Below, one piece after another: positions 25,160 through 37,806 of a stretch of DNA of 64,000 nucleotides. Each line of letters starts with the position of its first letter. The stretch's first letter is position 1. Location of the stretch: the NCBI RefSeq assembly GCF_902713615.1, contig NC_052152.1, forward strand, positions 41,453,810-41,517,809. The letters run 5' to 3'. The position numbers and the translations under genes were made by a program. The notes beneath the pieces are model-generated. The model was not told the origin of the DNA. It saw nothing but the letters and a program-made list of their open reading frames with translations, and made no database searches. This DNA comes from Scyliorhinus canicula. Lineage: Eukaryota.

Positions 25160-25429
25160 CTATAAGGAACAGTGCTGGTCCTCAGCCATTTAAAATCCAT
25201 ATTAATGACTTGGATGAATGGACCATGTGCAATGTGGCCAGATTTGCTGATGATACAAAGCTAGGTGGGAAACTAAGTGGCGTGGAGGATACAAGGGGCT
25301 ACTTTTTGACACGTTGATTGTGGTGGATCCGGTAGTCGTTAGGAAGCTGGAAGTTTTAGCCCGTTTGCCACTGGCCTTGTGACCCAGCTGCTGTCTTTTC
25401 ATCAGTCTTTGAGATTTCGCAGTAAATTA

Positions 25430-25613
25430 ATAATAATAATAATAATAATCACTTATTGTCACGAGTAGGCTTCAATGAAGTTCTGTGAAATGCCCCTAGT
25501 CGCCACATTCCAGCGCCTGTTCGGGGAGGCCGGTACGGGAATTGAACCCGCGCTGCTGGCCTTGTTCTGTATTACAAGACAGCTGTTTAGCCCACTGTGC
25601 TAAACCAGCCCCT
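25430..25613 (-). mobile_element. Short tRNA-derived SINE (GTGACAATAA-tail family)
   Basis: Reverse complement of the 63243-63435 family, with a (TAA)n tail. Confidence 0.88.
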
Positions 25614-25899
25614 AAATTAACGTGAATTGGTGTGATAGCAACCTACGTGAGCTCAATTCAATTGAAATACTTAAAGGAATCCTGATGGAACTTGAAAGAC
25701 TGGCCAAACGTTTCAAGGGAGCTAGAAAGTACAGCAATGGACTTGCGGGGTTGGCAAGCAACACCTCAATTCACTGGTACGTCCCTCGTGATGATACAAT
25801 AAGCTGAATGACTTTACAGAGAGTTTGCGTTCCCTGTTCATAAGAGGGAGAAGGCTGCCACAGAGAACTGAACATCTTGATATTATTATTTTATTATTG

Positions 25900-26430
25900 G
25901 CAGTAATTGTAATTAAATAGGCAAAATATACAGGTGGAGGCTGATTTCCAACCCCCCCCCATCCCCCTTTCTAACAACCCACACTCGCTATATACCACAC
26001 ACACACAGACAAACAACGCAGAGGGGAACTGGTGGTTGAAGGGTAAAGAATATATCACTAAAATAAAGGATGAAGGATCTTTGATTCAGATTGGCGTCTT
26101 CCAGTTAGTTTCTTTCTCAAGGTTAGGCCTTCAGTTGGGTACTTTCTTTTCCCTCAGCTTTCAATGATCTTGACTGCAGACTCACAGACACAACAGGAAA
26201 CCAGCAGCAGATGGAGGGAGAAAACACAGTGTCAAATGTCTAGAGGTTTCTGGCAGATTCTCTCTGGAGAAACCACCTTGCAGGAACCAATTGTAGACTG
26301 TTGTCAGGGAGATCAGTGTCCCTGACCAACCCTCCAATGGCCAGTTTTCTAATCAATCCGGCTTCCTCCAAAACCGGTTCCTAAGATTCACTCGGTGCTG
26401 ACAAGTCTGGTTTCTCCTCTCCAAAATTAA
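25900..26430 (-). mobile_element. Possible LTR fragment
   Basis: LTR-like composition only; termini and TSD not resolved. Confidence 0.25.
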
Positions 26431-26445
26431 AAAAAAACCAGGAAA

Positions 26446-26707
26446 GGGCGGCACGGTGGCAAAGTGGTTAGCTTTGCTGCCTCACAGTGCCAGGGACCCG
26501 GGTTCAATTCCAGCTTGGATGGCTGTGTAGAGTTTGCACATTCTCCCCATGTGTGCGTGGGTTTCCGCCGGATGCTCCGTTTCCTCCCACAGTCCAAAGA
26601 TGTGCAGGTTAAGTGGATTGGCAATGGTAAATTGCTCCTTACTACCCAAAGATGTGCATGTTAGGTGGGGTTACAGGTTTGTTGGGATAGGATGGGGAAT
26701 GGACTGA
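26446..26707 (+). mobile_element. V-SINE, 3'-truncated
   Basis: Head and V-core motifs. Confidence 0.85.
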
Positions 26708-26746
26708 CATAAAAGTCCACAAATTCTGCGTCAGCATCAATACATT

Positions 26747-27500
26747 GGGTGCGATTCTCCGGTCTCGTTACGCTCTCGCTCAAGCTTCTGTTGGGAGCCA
26801 AGGAGGTGAGTAGCCATCTTTGCTTACAGGCAAAGAGCCAGGGCGTGCTGGACGTCCCACCCCAGTGCTTGGCGCGAGGTGTGGGACCCTCGGCTGGGGG
26901 TGGGGGACCCTTGGCGGGCGGTGGGGGATCTTCTTCAGGGGTGGCCCCCCATGGGAACGTGGGGGAGAGGTGCTGGGAGAGTAACTGGGGGGCAACCACT
27001 CGTGGCACCACCATGCCAAACCCTGGATCGTGTTTACCCATTCTGGGGGCAACTCTTATCCCTGCCTGTCTGCCACAACAACCACCCATAACCCCCACCG
27101 ACTGCCGAGGCCTCTGCCCGTGTGGCTGAAGGCTATTGCTAATAGGGAATTGGCAATCATGGTTAAGTGAGCACTTCAACCATCCATTAATTGGATTCCT
27201 GTGGGTGGGCCAGCCATGTAGCCTGTGGGAGTCATTGCCTAGCATCCCAATCAAACCGCGATGCCTGGAATTTGTGCCTGAGCACTGCAGGAGGCAACAC
27301 CACACATGCAGCAGCCAACATCCAAACGCCCCGGGGATCGGACACAGTTCCTGGGACATGTCCATGGCTGGAGGGTGGGTGAGTGTTACGGGGAGGGGGA
27401 GATGCCTGCAGAGATGGGCCAAGGGTTCGGAGGTCAGCCCGCATTGCGGAAGAAAGTGACAGAGGCATCATACTGGCTGTGCACAAGTGTGTTTAACGTG
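26747..27500. mobile_element. GC-rich Harbinger-type MITE/relic (left TIR only)
   Basis: Starts GGGTGCGATTCTCC and has GC-rich internal sequence. Confidence 0.55.
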
Positions 27501-27519
27501 TAATACATGTCCCCACTCT

Positions 27520-29760
27520 CGTTGAGCTAAAGCTTTGTTGAACATAATTATCATTAATGGCACTAGCTGGTCTGAAATTTCTTTGTAAAACTCAACGGGA
27601 TACCCATCCGGGCCTGGAGCCTTGTTCGTCAACATCAACCCAGTCGCCCTAAGCACCTCATCTGAGCCGAGCGGGGCCTCTAGCTCCTACCCACTCTCAG
27701 GTAGGACAACCTGTCTAGAAACTCTGCCACATCTGACACCCCGTCCGGCAGCTCTGACCTATACAGATCCCTACAGAACGTCTCAAATGCCGCATTGACT
27801 TGCCTTGGTGCTGTCATTAAGCCATCCCTTGACTTCCTGACCTGCATAATCTCCAAGTCAAACTGCACCTGGAGCCACTTCCTGGTTGCAAACGCGTAGC
27901 GATGGTCTGTTTCCAGGATCTTTCCTACCAAACGCTGCCGGTCCTCCCTCACTGCCCTGTATAAGCCCGCTTTATATGAGATCTCCTCTCCTCTTATCAT
28001 GGGTGCCTTATTATCCTCTTATTCTGGGTGTCTCCCATAGTGTGGAGGGAGAGACCGACGCATTGCTATTGAACTTAATGTTCTCCTCAGTGGTTGCGGC
28101 CATGTGATTGCAGAACCCCTTCTCAGCCAATAGTGGCACATCTAATCTCCATGGAGCCCGCTGGATGGGATCTGTCCCCAGCTCTAGGTCTATCCCCGGT
28201 ATTCCCCCCTTCTGATCCCCAGGAGCAGAGACCTATCAAACAAAAAATAGCCTTTCGTTGAGTAGACCTTTATGTACATGTGAAATAAAACGAGAATTCT
28301 CGATCATGAAGATGCAGGATTTTCCATGGATCTGTTCCCCCCCATCTGATCCATGAAAGTTCGAAGCACTGTCACCATCACCGAGACAGCCCAGAGATTT
28401 AGGCCTTGATCGGTCCATTTTGGGTTCCAGCACACAGTTGTAGAATTGTAGGCCCCCCCCCCCCCCCCCCCCCCCCCACTAATAAAAAGACCAACCGATG
28501 TGTGTCCAAATCAGGGATGGCGGCTACAAAACCTTTGATAAATACAATATCATCCCAGTTAGGGGCATATATATTTACAATAACTACCAGAGTGCCTGCC
28601 AAGGACCCACTCATTATCACATACCCTTCGTTGGGGTCAACCACGAGCCTGGGCGTCGAAAAAGACACTCACTTATTAATCCAAATTGCTGGGCCTCGGG
28701 CTCGACCATTGAAACCCGAGTAGAATACGTGCCCTTCCCACCCCTTCTGGAGTCTGGTCTGATCCCTCATTCGCAAATTGGTCTCCTGCAGAAACACCAC
28801 ATCAGCTTTTAAGTTCTTTAGATGAGAAAAAACCCTTGATCTCTTCTCTGGGCCACCCAATCCCCTTACATTTCAGGTGACCAACCGAGTGTGGGGTTTC
28901 CCACACACCCCTTCCTTTCGGAATCAGCCATTTCCAGCATCAGGGACAAACAAGTAAACCTTTCAGAGGCATCGATCAAAGGTCCTCACAAGAAAACGGC
29001 CAATCCCACTTCCAGAAAAACACAAAGAATGTTTGAGATCAACCATCGGCTAGCTAGCCCCTTCATCTTCCCTCCTTAATCCTCCCTAAACCTTTGAACT
29101 GGAACCAAACCCAAAACTTCAACACCCTCTCTCCCCTCCCTAACCCCGACACTGAGCACGTCAAACCAAATCGAGCTAGTTTTACAGCTGCAGCTCCTCC
29201 CCCCCACCTAACTCCCATTCACCAGCATTATACACTGCTGGAGAGGTAGCTCCTACCAGGACAATGAAAGGGACAAGAGCATTGCCCAACATGAGGATAC
29301 AGTATTTCTCAGAAGAGAAGAGAAAGGGACCCATAGGCCCTACAACGTAGAAAATCCCCCCTTATCCCTACACTATAAAAATCAAACTTCAACAACCGAT
29401 TATCAACAACTGCATACAAGAGAAAACAGCCCACCGCTCCCTTCAGCCCGCACCTTTCACAAGAAACTACAAAAAAGATTCCCCAAACAGCGCCTTTGTT
29501 TAATTGGACCAGTTCACGTTAGTTAATAAAGTCCATTAGAGACCATTATCACCTGCCATCTTTCAGAACATCTGTGCTAGATACTCGGTGGGGTCCAGGC
29601 CCTCCACCCCCTCCGCCAATCCCACAACTCGGTGGTTTTGCTTCCTTGACCGATTTTCCAGGTTGTCAACCTTCGCCTTCAACCTTTTGTTTTCATCGGC
29701 CATCATTGCCACCTCGGCCTCCAGCGACGCAAGCTGGTTTTCCTGTCTAGCGAGCTCCCC
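27520..29760 (-). mobile_element. Old, multiply deleted L1-clade LINE (ORF1 and ORF2 relics)
   Basis: ORF1-like LKAKVDNLENRSRKQNHRVVG (~29600-29700). Endonuclease RVFSHLKNLKADVVFLQET and VNIYAPNWDD. Post-EN DLYRSELP and KAPGPDGYPVEFYK. Confidence 0.85.
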
Positions 29761-30099
29761 CTCAACACCTAATGTTTGGTTCCATGGAAAGAGTGGCCAC
29801 TAACATGAAACATTCAACATGGCTGTCAAATGAGTGCATGCCAGTCCTCACCAAAGGCCAGCTAACTCAAATTGCCAGTTTAGACAGGCATTATGGAAAC
29901 ATCACCTTTGTCCTTCAGAGCCACACAGAATTGCAGAAAACTTCTCTCCACCTTATTGGTAGCAGGGAGCTGTGTGTTGGTCATGAGAGGGAGGATGGAG
30001 AACGGGGAATGGAGGTGGGGATTCTGCTCAAAGCACTTCCAGTCTTTCCCCCTTACACCCCCCCCCCATCAGGGCCCAGATGCTGCCTCCCACTGGCCA

Positions 30100-30945
30100 A
30101 GCCTGCCTTTGCCTCTTCCAGAATTTGCAGTCACTCATGGGCTCCAAACCTTAGAGTATCTCAGCTGCCTCAGTGGGGATATGGACCACCTGCCTGTATT
30201 TCCAGGTTCCAGGCACCCCAAATCTGTCCAGACACCTGAAGCGCACCTTCAATATCCCAAATATTTGCTCAGTGACAAACCTGTTGGTCAGGTGGTTTCT
30301 ATTGCATCTCTCCTGGGAATCATTCTCCAGTTGCCACCACATGGATGTCACCAGCCCTGTCTTCAGTGGATGGCCCTTGTGTCCAAGAAGGCAGCCATGA
30401 ACTCTGCTTTTAGGTGTGACCATTCAGGGGAGCTTGAGCAGTGTAGGATGAAAGTATCATGACAGCTCCCTGTGAATCTTGGCTGATCTTTTTGTGATTG
30501 TATATAGAACATAGAACATAGAACAGTACAGCACAGAACAGGCCCTTCGGCCCTCGATGTTGTGCCGAACAATGATCACCCTACTTAAACCCACGTAACC
30601 CGTATCCCAACAATCCCCCCATTAACCTTACACTACGGGCAATTTAGCATGGCCAATCCACCTAACCCGCACATCTTTGGACTGTGGGAGGAAACCGGAG
30701 CACCCGGAGGAAACCCACGCACACACGGGGAGGACGTGCAGACTCCACACAGACAGTGACCCAGCCGGGAATCGAACCTGGGACCCTGGAGCTGTGAAGC
30801 ATTGATGCTAACCACCATGCTACCGTGAGGCCCCTGCTACCGTGAGGCTACCGAGATGCACATTGATGGAATGGAGGCCCTGTCAGTTGTGGAAGACTCT
30901 AGGGTGATCTGGGGGTGCCCAGATTGGCACATGTGCAGTCAATGA
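30100..30945 (-). pseudogene. PIF/Harbinger DDE transposase relic, split by a V-SINE
   Basis: DCT..LGTP...QGLHSINVHL (30850-30940) and LLGHKGHPLKT...TEQIFGILKVRFRCLDR (30200-30400) match HARBI1-type DDE motifs. Confidence 0.75.
30505..30834 (-). mobile_element. Full-length V-SINE with duplicated 5' end
   Basis: (TAGAACA)n tail, V-core and head. TGCTACCGTGAGGC repeated at 30818 and 30835. Confidence 0.92.
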
Positions 30946-31310
30946 CTCCCTTAACCTGTGGAAAGCCAGTCAGAACCTCAAAACCGAGCACCCCCTCATT
31001 CTGATTGGCCTCATAATTCTGTGCAAACTTGGTAAGGTCTCCTGTAATATGTGTTCATGCAAAGCAGAACACAGTGACTAAATTGTGTGATATAGAAACT
31101 ATCAAATGTCCCATTTTGCACATAGTTTTGGTATCATACAGTTTGTGATGTAAACCACTTGCTGCGACCATATCATTTGTAACCTTTTTATAGTCCTTAG
31201 AACCTGCACCTTACGGAAGCATGAACCTCTTTCTTTCTTCCACTTCCACAACCCTAGCCTTTCAGATATCCAACAACTGCAAACTGACCAAGCAGTGCTG
31301 GAGTTGGAAG

Positions 31311-31437
31311 AACAACAAAGAACAAAGAACAAAGAAAAGTACAGCACAGGAATGGCCCTTCGGCCCTCCAAGCCTGTGCCGACCATGCTGCCCGTCTAAA
31401 CTAAAATCCTTTGCACTTCCGGGGTCCGTATCTCTCT
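31311..31437 (-). mobile_element. Very short CR1 3' end
   Basis: (AACAAAG)n tail followed by GGCCCTTCGGCCC. Confidence 0.75.
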
Positions 31438-33260
31438 TAGAAACCACCTGACCGACAGAGTTGTCACTGAGCAAATATTTGGGATATTGAAGAAGTAAAC
31501 AGTGGTGAAGAAGAAACACTATCGCTCACTCCATAGTGGCCACCTTAGATTATGACACTGTGAGCCAGATGACCACCATTGAGGAGGGAAGCAACAGTTG
31601 ACAAAATTCCCAACTTTCCCCTTTCCTTCAAAAAGGCTGCCTTCCACCATATTTTCATTTTGGAAGGTGGTGGTATGGGGTTGGACCTCTGGAGGCAGTT
31701 CGGAGGTCATTTGGGATGTTGTCCATATTTTAAAAGTCTGTTGGACCCTCTACCACTCACACCTCCTCACCCAAATGCCCACTCCCTATTCCATTTCCAG
31801 GCCTACCATGCCACCTCTAAATCCAGATAGCGAGACATCTATTTCTCCACATGACCTTCTATGAATGTTTGGCTGAGCTCCAAACCCCACCAATGGATTA
31901 GTTTAACAGGAGGTCTGTTTTCTCAGGTGGAAGTGGAGAGTTTGCTTTGGTTGATTGACATCTTTCAGTCATCGTTTCTTTCAATGCCTATTTTTATTTG
32001 GACATGATTAAAAGGTGTGAAGCGAGGTTAAGCTTCCATTTTTGAAACTGTAATGGCCATTGAGTGACACATTTATAGCATTGTAAGAGCATCAATCTTT
32101 TTCAAACCCTATTTCTGAGTGATTTTTAAGTGGATTTCAAGACTTGCGATTGTTATTGTGTGGCGCACTGTTTCAACAGTGCATACCGCGTGGGTGCATA
32201 TGGAAAGTGCAGGAGATCCATGGAATGGGCAATAGAAAGGTACGGAGAGCATGGAAGGCATGAAGGGGGTATGGGAGACATGGTAGGGGCACGGTGGTCA
32301 TAGATAGGACCGTTTGAACATACCTTTCAATAGTTTCCTGAATAAAGACAATGGTTAATGAATTTGTGAAGGGATCATGAACTACATATCCTTCACAGGC
32401 TGGCCCCACACCACAAGACTTAAGGGGGCTGTGGGTATATGAGATGCAAACCCCATATAGGAGCTGGCCACCATGGAAGCCTGCACCCTTATTCCACAAC
32501 AGTGAAATTTCCATATCGAGAATGGGGGTGGGAATCCCAGAATCAAATTAATTTCACCAACCATATTTAAAGGCCTCCAAAGTCAGCCCAACTCTGTGAA
32601 AATATGACCCTGTGTGCACTTCAGAGGACAGCTTGGAGAGGTAGGAGACCGTGGGCATAAGTGACCTGCAGCCAGGGCAGGGTGCAAGGGTCACACAGTA
32701 TCCAGCTCTCCAGGGGGTGAGATCAGGCATGAGTTCTCCTGCAGATAACTTAGATGGGATGGCATACAGAAGAAGCCACATAATGAAGTCCACGTAATGA
32801 AATTCTTGGTGAGGGCAGACCTGTCAAAGCCTATGTCAAGGAGTCTGTAGGATTCAGGCATGAAGGATTCCAGCAGAGAGCTTTGTGCGGAGCTTCAAGG
32901 AGCTTGACTTCCCCAGATTCCCCCGACTCTAAAACCTTTGAAGAGCTAGTAAAAATAGTAAAGGGGCATTATCAACTGAATCCCTTGATAATCATGCAGA
33001 GATACAAGTTCAACTCAACTGCAAGAGCCCCTGGGGAAGTGATAGCAGCTTCCACGGTGAGATTGAGGCACACAGCTGAACATTGTAAATTTGAGCCTGC
33101 CCGTAATGATATGTTGGAAGACTGTCTAGTGTGTTGGATAAATAATGCCGTCATTCACAAAAAACTGCTAGCAGAGGCAGAAATAATCCTAAAGAAGGCA
33201 CTTGAAATTGCCCTTGCCATGGAAATTGCAGAAAAGACCGTGATGGAGCTTCAAGGCAAT

Positions 33261-33526
33261 GCATGTCAGCGAGATCCGCCAAGGCATGCATGTCAGCGAG
33301 ATCCGCCAAGGCATGCATGTCAGCGAGATCCGCCAAGGCATGCATGTCAGCGAGATCCGCCAAGGTATGCATGTCAGCGAGGTCCGCCAAGGCATGCATG
33401 TCAGCGAGATCCGACAAAGCATGCATGTCAGCGAGGTCCGCCAAGGTATGCATGTCAGCGAGATCCGCCAAGGCATGCATGTCAGCGAGGTCCGCCAAGG
33501 CATGCATGTCAGCGAGATCCGCCAAG
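33261..33526 (+). repeat. 27-bp in-frame tandem repeat inside gag, ~9.8 copies
   Basis: Unit GCATGTCAGCGAGATCCGCCAAGGCAT, encoding (ACQRDPPRH)n. Confidence 0.95.
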
Positions 33527-33590
33527 TTTGGAGAGAAGCTGCTAATGGCAGCAGTGCCAAGGGCACAGAGTTTGGTGAGGAAAAAAAATG

Positions 33591-33761
33591 CTGAGCCTGA
33601 GAGCCTGAGAGCCTGAGAGCCTGAGCCTGAGCCTGAGCCTGAGAGCCTGAGCCTGAGAGCCTGAGCCTGAGCCTGAGCCTGAGAGCCTGAGAGCCTGAGC
33701 CTGAGAGCCTGAGAGCCTGAGCCTGAGAGCCTGAGCCTGAGAGCCTGAGCCTGAGCCTGAA

Positions 33762-33853
<92 letters not shown>

Positions 33854-33894
33854 AGCCTGAGAGCCTGAGAGCCTGAGCCTGAGCCTGAGCGTGA

Positions 33895-33927
<33 letters not shown>

Positions 33928-33974
33928 AGCCTGAGCCTGAGAGCCTGAGCCTGAGAGCCTGAGCCTGAGTCTGA

Positions 33975-34007
<33 letters not shown>

Positions 34008-34418
34008 AGCCTGAGAGCCTGAGCCTGAGAGCCTGAGCCTGAGAGCCTGAGCCTGAGCCTGAGCCTGAGAGCCTGAGAGCCTGGGCTTGAGCCTGAGAGC
34101 CTGAGCCTGAGCCTGAGAGCCTGAGAGCCTGAGAGCCTGAGCTTGAGCCTGAGTCTGAGCCTGAGAGCCTGAGCCTGAGAGCCTGAGCCTGAGAGCCTGA
34201 GCCTGAGTCTGAGCCTGAGAGCCTGAGAGCCTGAGAGCCTGAGCCTGAGGGCCTGAGAGCCTGAGAGCCTGAGCCTGAGCCTGAGCCTGAGAGCCTGAGC
34301 CTGAGAGCCTGAGCCTGAGCCTGAGCATGAGAGCCTGAGCCTGAGAGCCTGAGCCTGAGCCTGAGAGCCTGAGCCTGAGCCTGAGAGCCTGAGCCTGAGA
34401 GCCTGAGCCTGAGCCTGA

Positions 34419-34451
<33 letters not shown>

Positions 34452-35212
34452 AGCCTGAGAGCCTGAGAGCCTGAGCCTGAGCCTGAGAGCCTGAGCCTGA
34501 GAACCTGAGAGCCTGAGAGCCTGAGCCTGAGAGCCTGAGCCTGAGAGCCTGAGCCTGAGCCTGAGAGCCTGAGAGCCTGAGAGCCTGAGCCTGAGAGCCT
34601 GAGAGCCTGAGCCTGAGAGCCTGAGAGCCCGAGCCTGAGCCTGAGAACCTGAGAACCTGAGAGCCTGAGAGCCTGAGCCTGAGCCTGAGAACCTGAGAGC
34701 CTGAGCCTGAGAGCCTGAGCCTGAGCCTAAGCCTGAGCCTGAGCCTGAGCCTGAGAACCTGAGAGCCTGAGCCTGAGAGCCTGAGCCTGAGAACCTGAGA
34801 GCCTGAGAGCCTGAGCCTGAGAACCTGAGCCTGAGAGCCTGAGCCTGAGAGCCTGAGAGCCTGAGAGCCTGAGCCTGAGCCTGAGCCTGAGAGCCTGAGA
34901 GCCTGAGCCTGAGCCTGAGAACCTGAGAGCCTGAGAGCCTGAGCCGGAGCCTGAGCCTGAGCCTGAGCCTGAGAACCTGAGAGCCTGAGAGCCTGAGAGC
35001 CTGAGCCTGAGCCTGAGCCTGAGAACCTGAGCCTGAGCCTGAGCCTGAGAGCCTGAGCCTGAGCCTGAGACCCTGTGCCTGAGCCTGAGAGGCTGAGCCT
35101 GAGAGCCTGAGCCTGAGAGCCTGAGCCTGAGCCTGAGAGCCTGAGCCTGAGCCTGAGCCTGAGAGGCTGAGCCTGAGAGCCTGAGCCTGAGAGCCTGAGC
35201 CTGAGAGCCTGA

Positions 35213-35244
<32 letters not shown>

Positions 35245-35364
35245 ACCTGAGAGCCTGAGCCTGAGCCTGAGAGCCTGAGCCTGAGCCTGAGAGCCTGAGC
35301 CTGAGCCTGAGCCTGAGAGCCTGAGCCTGAGGGCCTGAGCTTGAGGGCCTGAGCCTGAGCCTGA

Positions 35365-35397
<33 letters not shown>

Positions 35398-35458
35398 AGC
35401 CTGAGAGCCTGAGCCTGAGAGCCTGAGCCTGAGAGCCTGAGCCTGAGCCTGAGCCTGA

Positions 35459-35491
<33 letters not shown>

Positions 35492-35536
35492 AGCCTGAGC
35501 CTGAGCCTGAGCGTGAGAGCCTGAGCCTGAGCCTGA

Positions 35537-35569
<33 letters not shown>

Positions 35570-36036
35570 AGCCTGAGCCTGAGCCTGAGCCTGAGAGCCT
35601 GAGCCTGAGAGCCTGAGAGCCTGAGAGCCTGAGCCTGAGCCTGAGCCTGAGAGCCTGAGCCTGAGCCTGAGCCTGAGAGCCTGAGCCTGAGAGCCTGAGC
35701 CTGAGAGCCTGAGCCTGAGAGCCTGAGCCTGANNNNNNNNNNNNNNNNNNNNNNNNNNNNNNNNNNNNNNNNNNNNNNNNNNNNNNNNNNNNNNNNNNNN
35801 NNNNNNNNNNNNNNNNNNNNNNNNNNNNNNNNNNNNNNNNNNNNNNNNNNNNNNNNNNNNNNNNNNNNNNNNNNNNNNNNNNNNNNNNNNNNNNGAGCCT
35901 GAGCCTGAGCCTGAGAGCCTGAGCCTGAGAGCCTGAGCCTGAGCCTGAGAGCCTGAGCCTGAGCCTGGGCCTGAGAGCCTGAGCCTGAGCCTGAGAGCCT
36001 GAGCCTGAGCCTGAGAGCCTGAGCCTGAGAGCCTGA

Positions 36037-36087
<51 letters not shown>

Positions 36088-36508
36088 AGCCTGAGAGCCT
36101 GAGCCTGAGCCTGAGAGCCTGAGCCTGAGAGCCTGAGCCTGAGCCTGAGCCTGAGGGCCTGAGCCTGAGAGCCTGAGCCTGAGAGCCTGAGCCTGAGAGC
36201 CTGAGCCTGAGAGCCTGAGCCTGAGCCTGAGCCTGAGAGCCTGAGCCTGAGAGCCTGAGCCTGAGAGCCTGAGCCTGANNNNNNNNNNNNNNNNNNNNNN
36301 NNNNNNNNNNNNNNNNNNNNNNNNNNNNNNNNNNNNNNNNNNNNNNNNNNNNNNNNNNNNNNNNNNNNNNNNNNNNNNNNNNNNNNNNNNNNNNNNNNNN
36401 NNNNNNNNNNNNNNNNNNNNNNNNNNNNNNNNNNGAGCCTGAGCCTGAGCCTGAGAGCCTGAGCCTGAGAGCCTGAGCCTGAGCCTGAGAGCCTGAGCCT
36501 GAGCCTGA

Positions 36509-36541
<33 letters not shown>

Positions 36542-36587
36542 AGCCTGAGCCTGAGAGCCTGAGCCTGAGAGCCTGAGAGCCTGAGAG
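33591..36587 (+). repeat. Compound GAGCCT/GAGAGCCT satellite (at least 3 kb) with assembly gaps
   Basis: Directly visible. N runs at 35733-35894 and 36279-36433. Confidence 0.98.
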
Positions 36588-37167
36588 AGTGCAGAGGGAA
36601 AAGAGATTCAACCAACAAACTAAGATTTGTGAAGAGTGCTCTGGGAATGGGGGGAAACCACCGCCAGGAGGAGTATATGTTCAAGGAAGCTGTGTCTATT
36701 GCCTACAGCAGAAAAGAACATATAAGAAGAAAATGTGGGGTCAAGCAGGGCTAACCTGGTGCTGCAGGGTCAAGATTCTGGCTCCAGTGAACAGTAAGGA
36801 AAGTAGTTCTGGAGGGGACAAAATCTATATGAGTTGAATAATATTAAAGTGGGAAAATTAGCCCCTATCTCAATAATTAGCCCCTATCTCATCTTGGTTC
36901 AGTGAAGACATGCAACTGCATCTTTCAGAGGAGAAAATCTGCAATCTGCCATGGCTCTAAATGTTAGGTGGAACAGGCCTCAATGACCTGGATCGCGGAT
37001 GGAACTGACCTGTCTGACTGTTGAATGGACAACTATCCTTCTTTCCCAATGAGGGTGCTGGCGGTTATACTGTTCAATCTCCCCGTGGGTTTGGCTGTCT
37101 GTATCTCTTATATTCCTTGCCTTTGGAATTTTTCATTTGCATACCCCACTGATCTCTGGTAAACAAG

Positions 37168-37806
37168 GGGCTGGATTCGACCAAAGTGGGACTAAAACGC
37201 TGTGTTTCACTCCCACGATTCCAATAAAAAAGATCAGTCGATTCACTTACCTGCAGGGGGCTAGCAGGGACCTGGAGGGGTTCATGCAGCTTTAGTTGCA
37301 GAAATGGGCCCCGGCCCATCTGGTCTGGTGTCCACGCATGCGCACGCCGGCAGCCTCCAACGGCCAGGCCGAGCGCCATGGCGGACTCAGACCGCAGAGG
37401 CAGCTTTGCAATGTAGACCCCCCCCCCCCCCCCCCCCGATCGTCTGCACTCTCGCAGATCTGACCGGCCCGATCTGTCCCCCGTCCGCCCATAAGGCTCC
37501 CACCCGGTGCCCGATCCCCCCGCTCCCCCACCAGGGCGGCCGCAGACTGAGTCCACAGCCGCCATGCAAGCTTTCCGAACAGCAATAGGTGATTAGAACC
37601 ACGCCGTCGGGAACTCAGCCAGTTGGGAATGGAGGATTGCTGGGCGGGCCTATGGCAATGGCCCCTCAGCTGCACGGAATACTCCGCGAACACACTGATT
37701 TTCGGGTCCCGGAGAATCGCCAGATCGGCGCCGGTCCCAATTTCGGCGTGAAAGTTGATCCTCCGCCAAACGCGATTTTGGTGCGGGTCTGCAGAGAATC
37801 CAGCCC
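37168..37806. mobile_element. GC-rich Harbinger-type MITE
   Basis: TIRs GGGCTGGATTC / GAGAATCCAGCCC. Confidence 0.8.

Larger units (their letters stand above)
22990..25295 (+). mobile_element. Decayed CR1 ORF2 split by a hAT insertion
   Basis: RT-like frames before 23792 resume after 25160 as ..SAGPQPFKIHINDLDE...ARFADDTKLGG. Confidence 0.75.

Noticed and set aside
33261-33526. CRISPR-like 27-bp direct repeats
   Set aside because: The repeats are contiguous with no unique spacers, in a eukaryotic Gypsy gag context.
33151-36684. 1177-aa and 1140-aa minus-strand ORFs
   Set aside because: They are translations of the GAGCCT satellite across N gaps.
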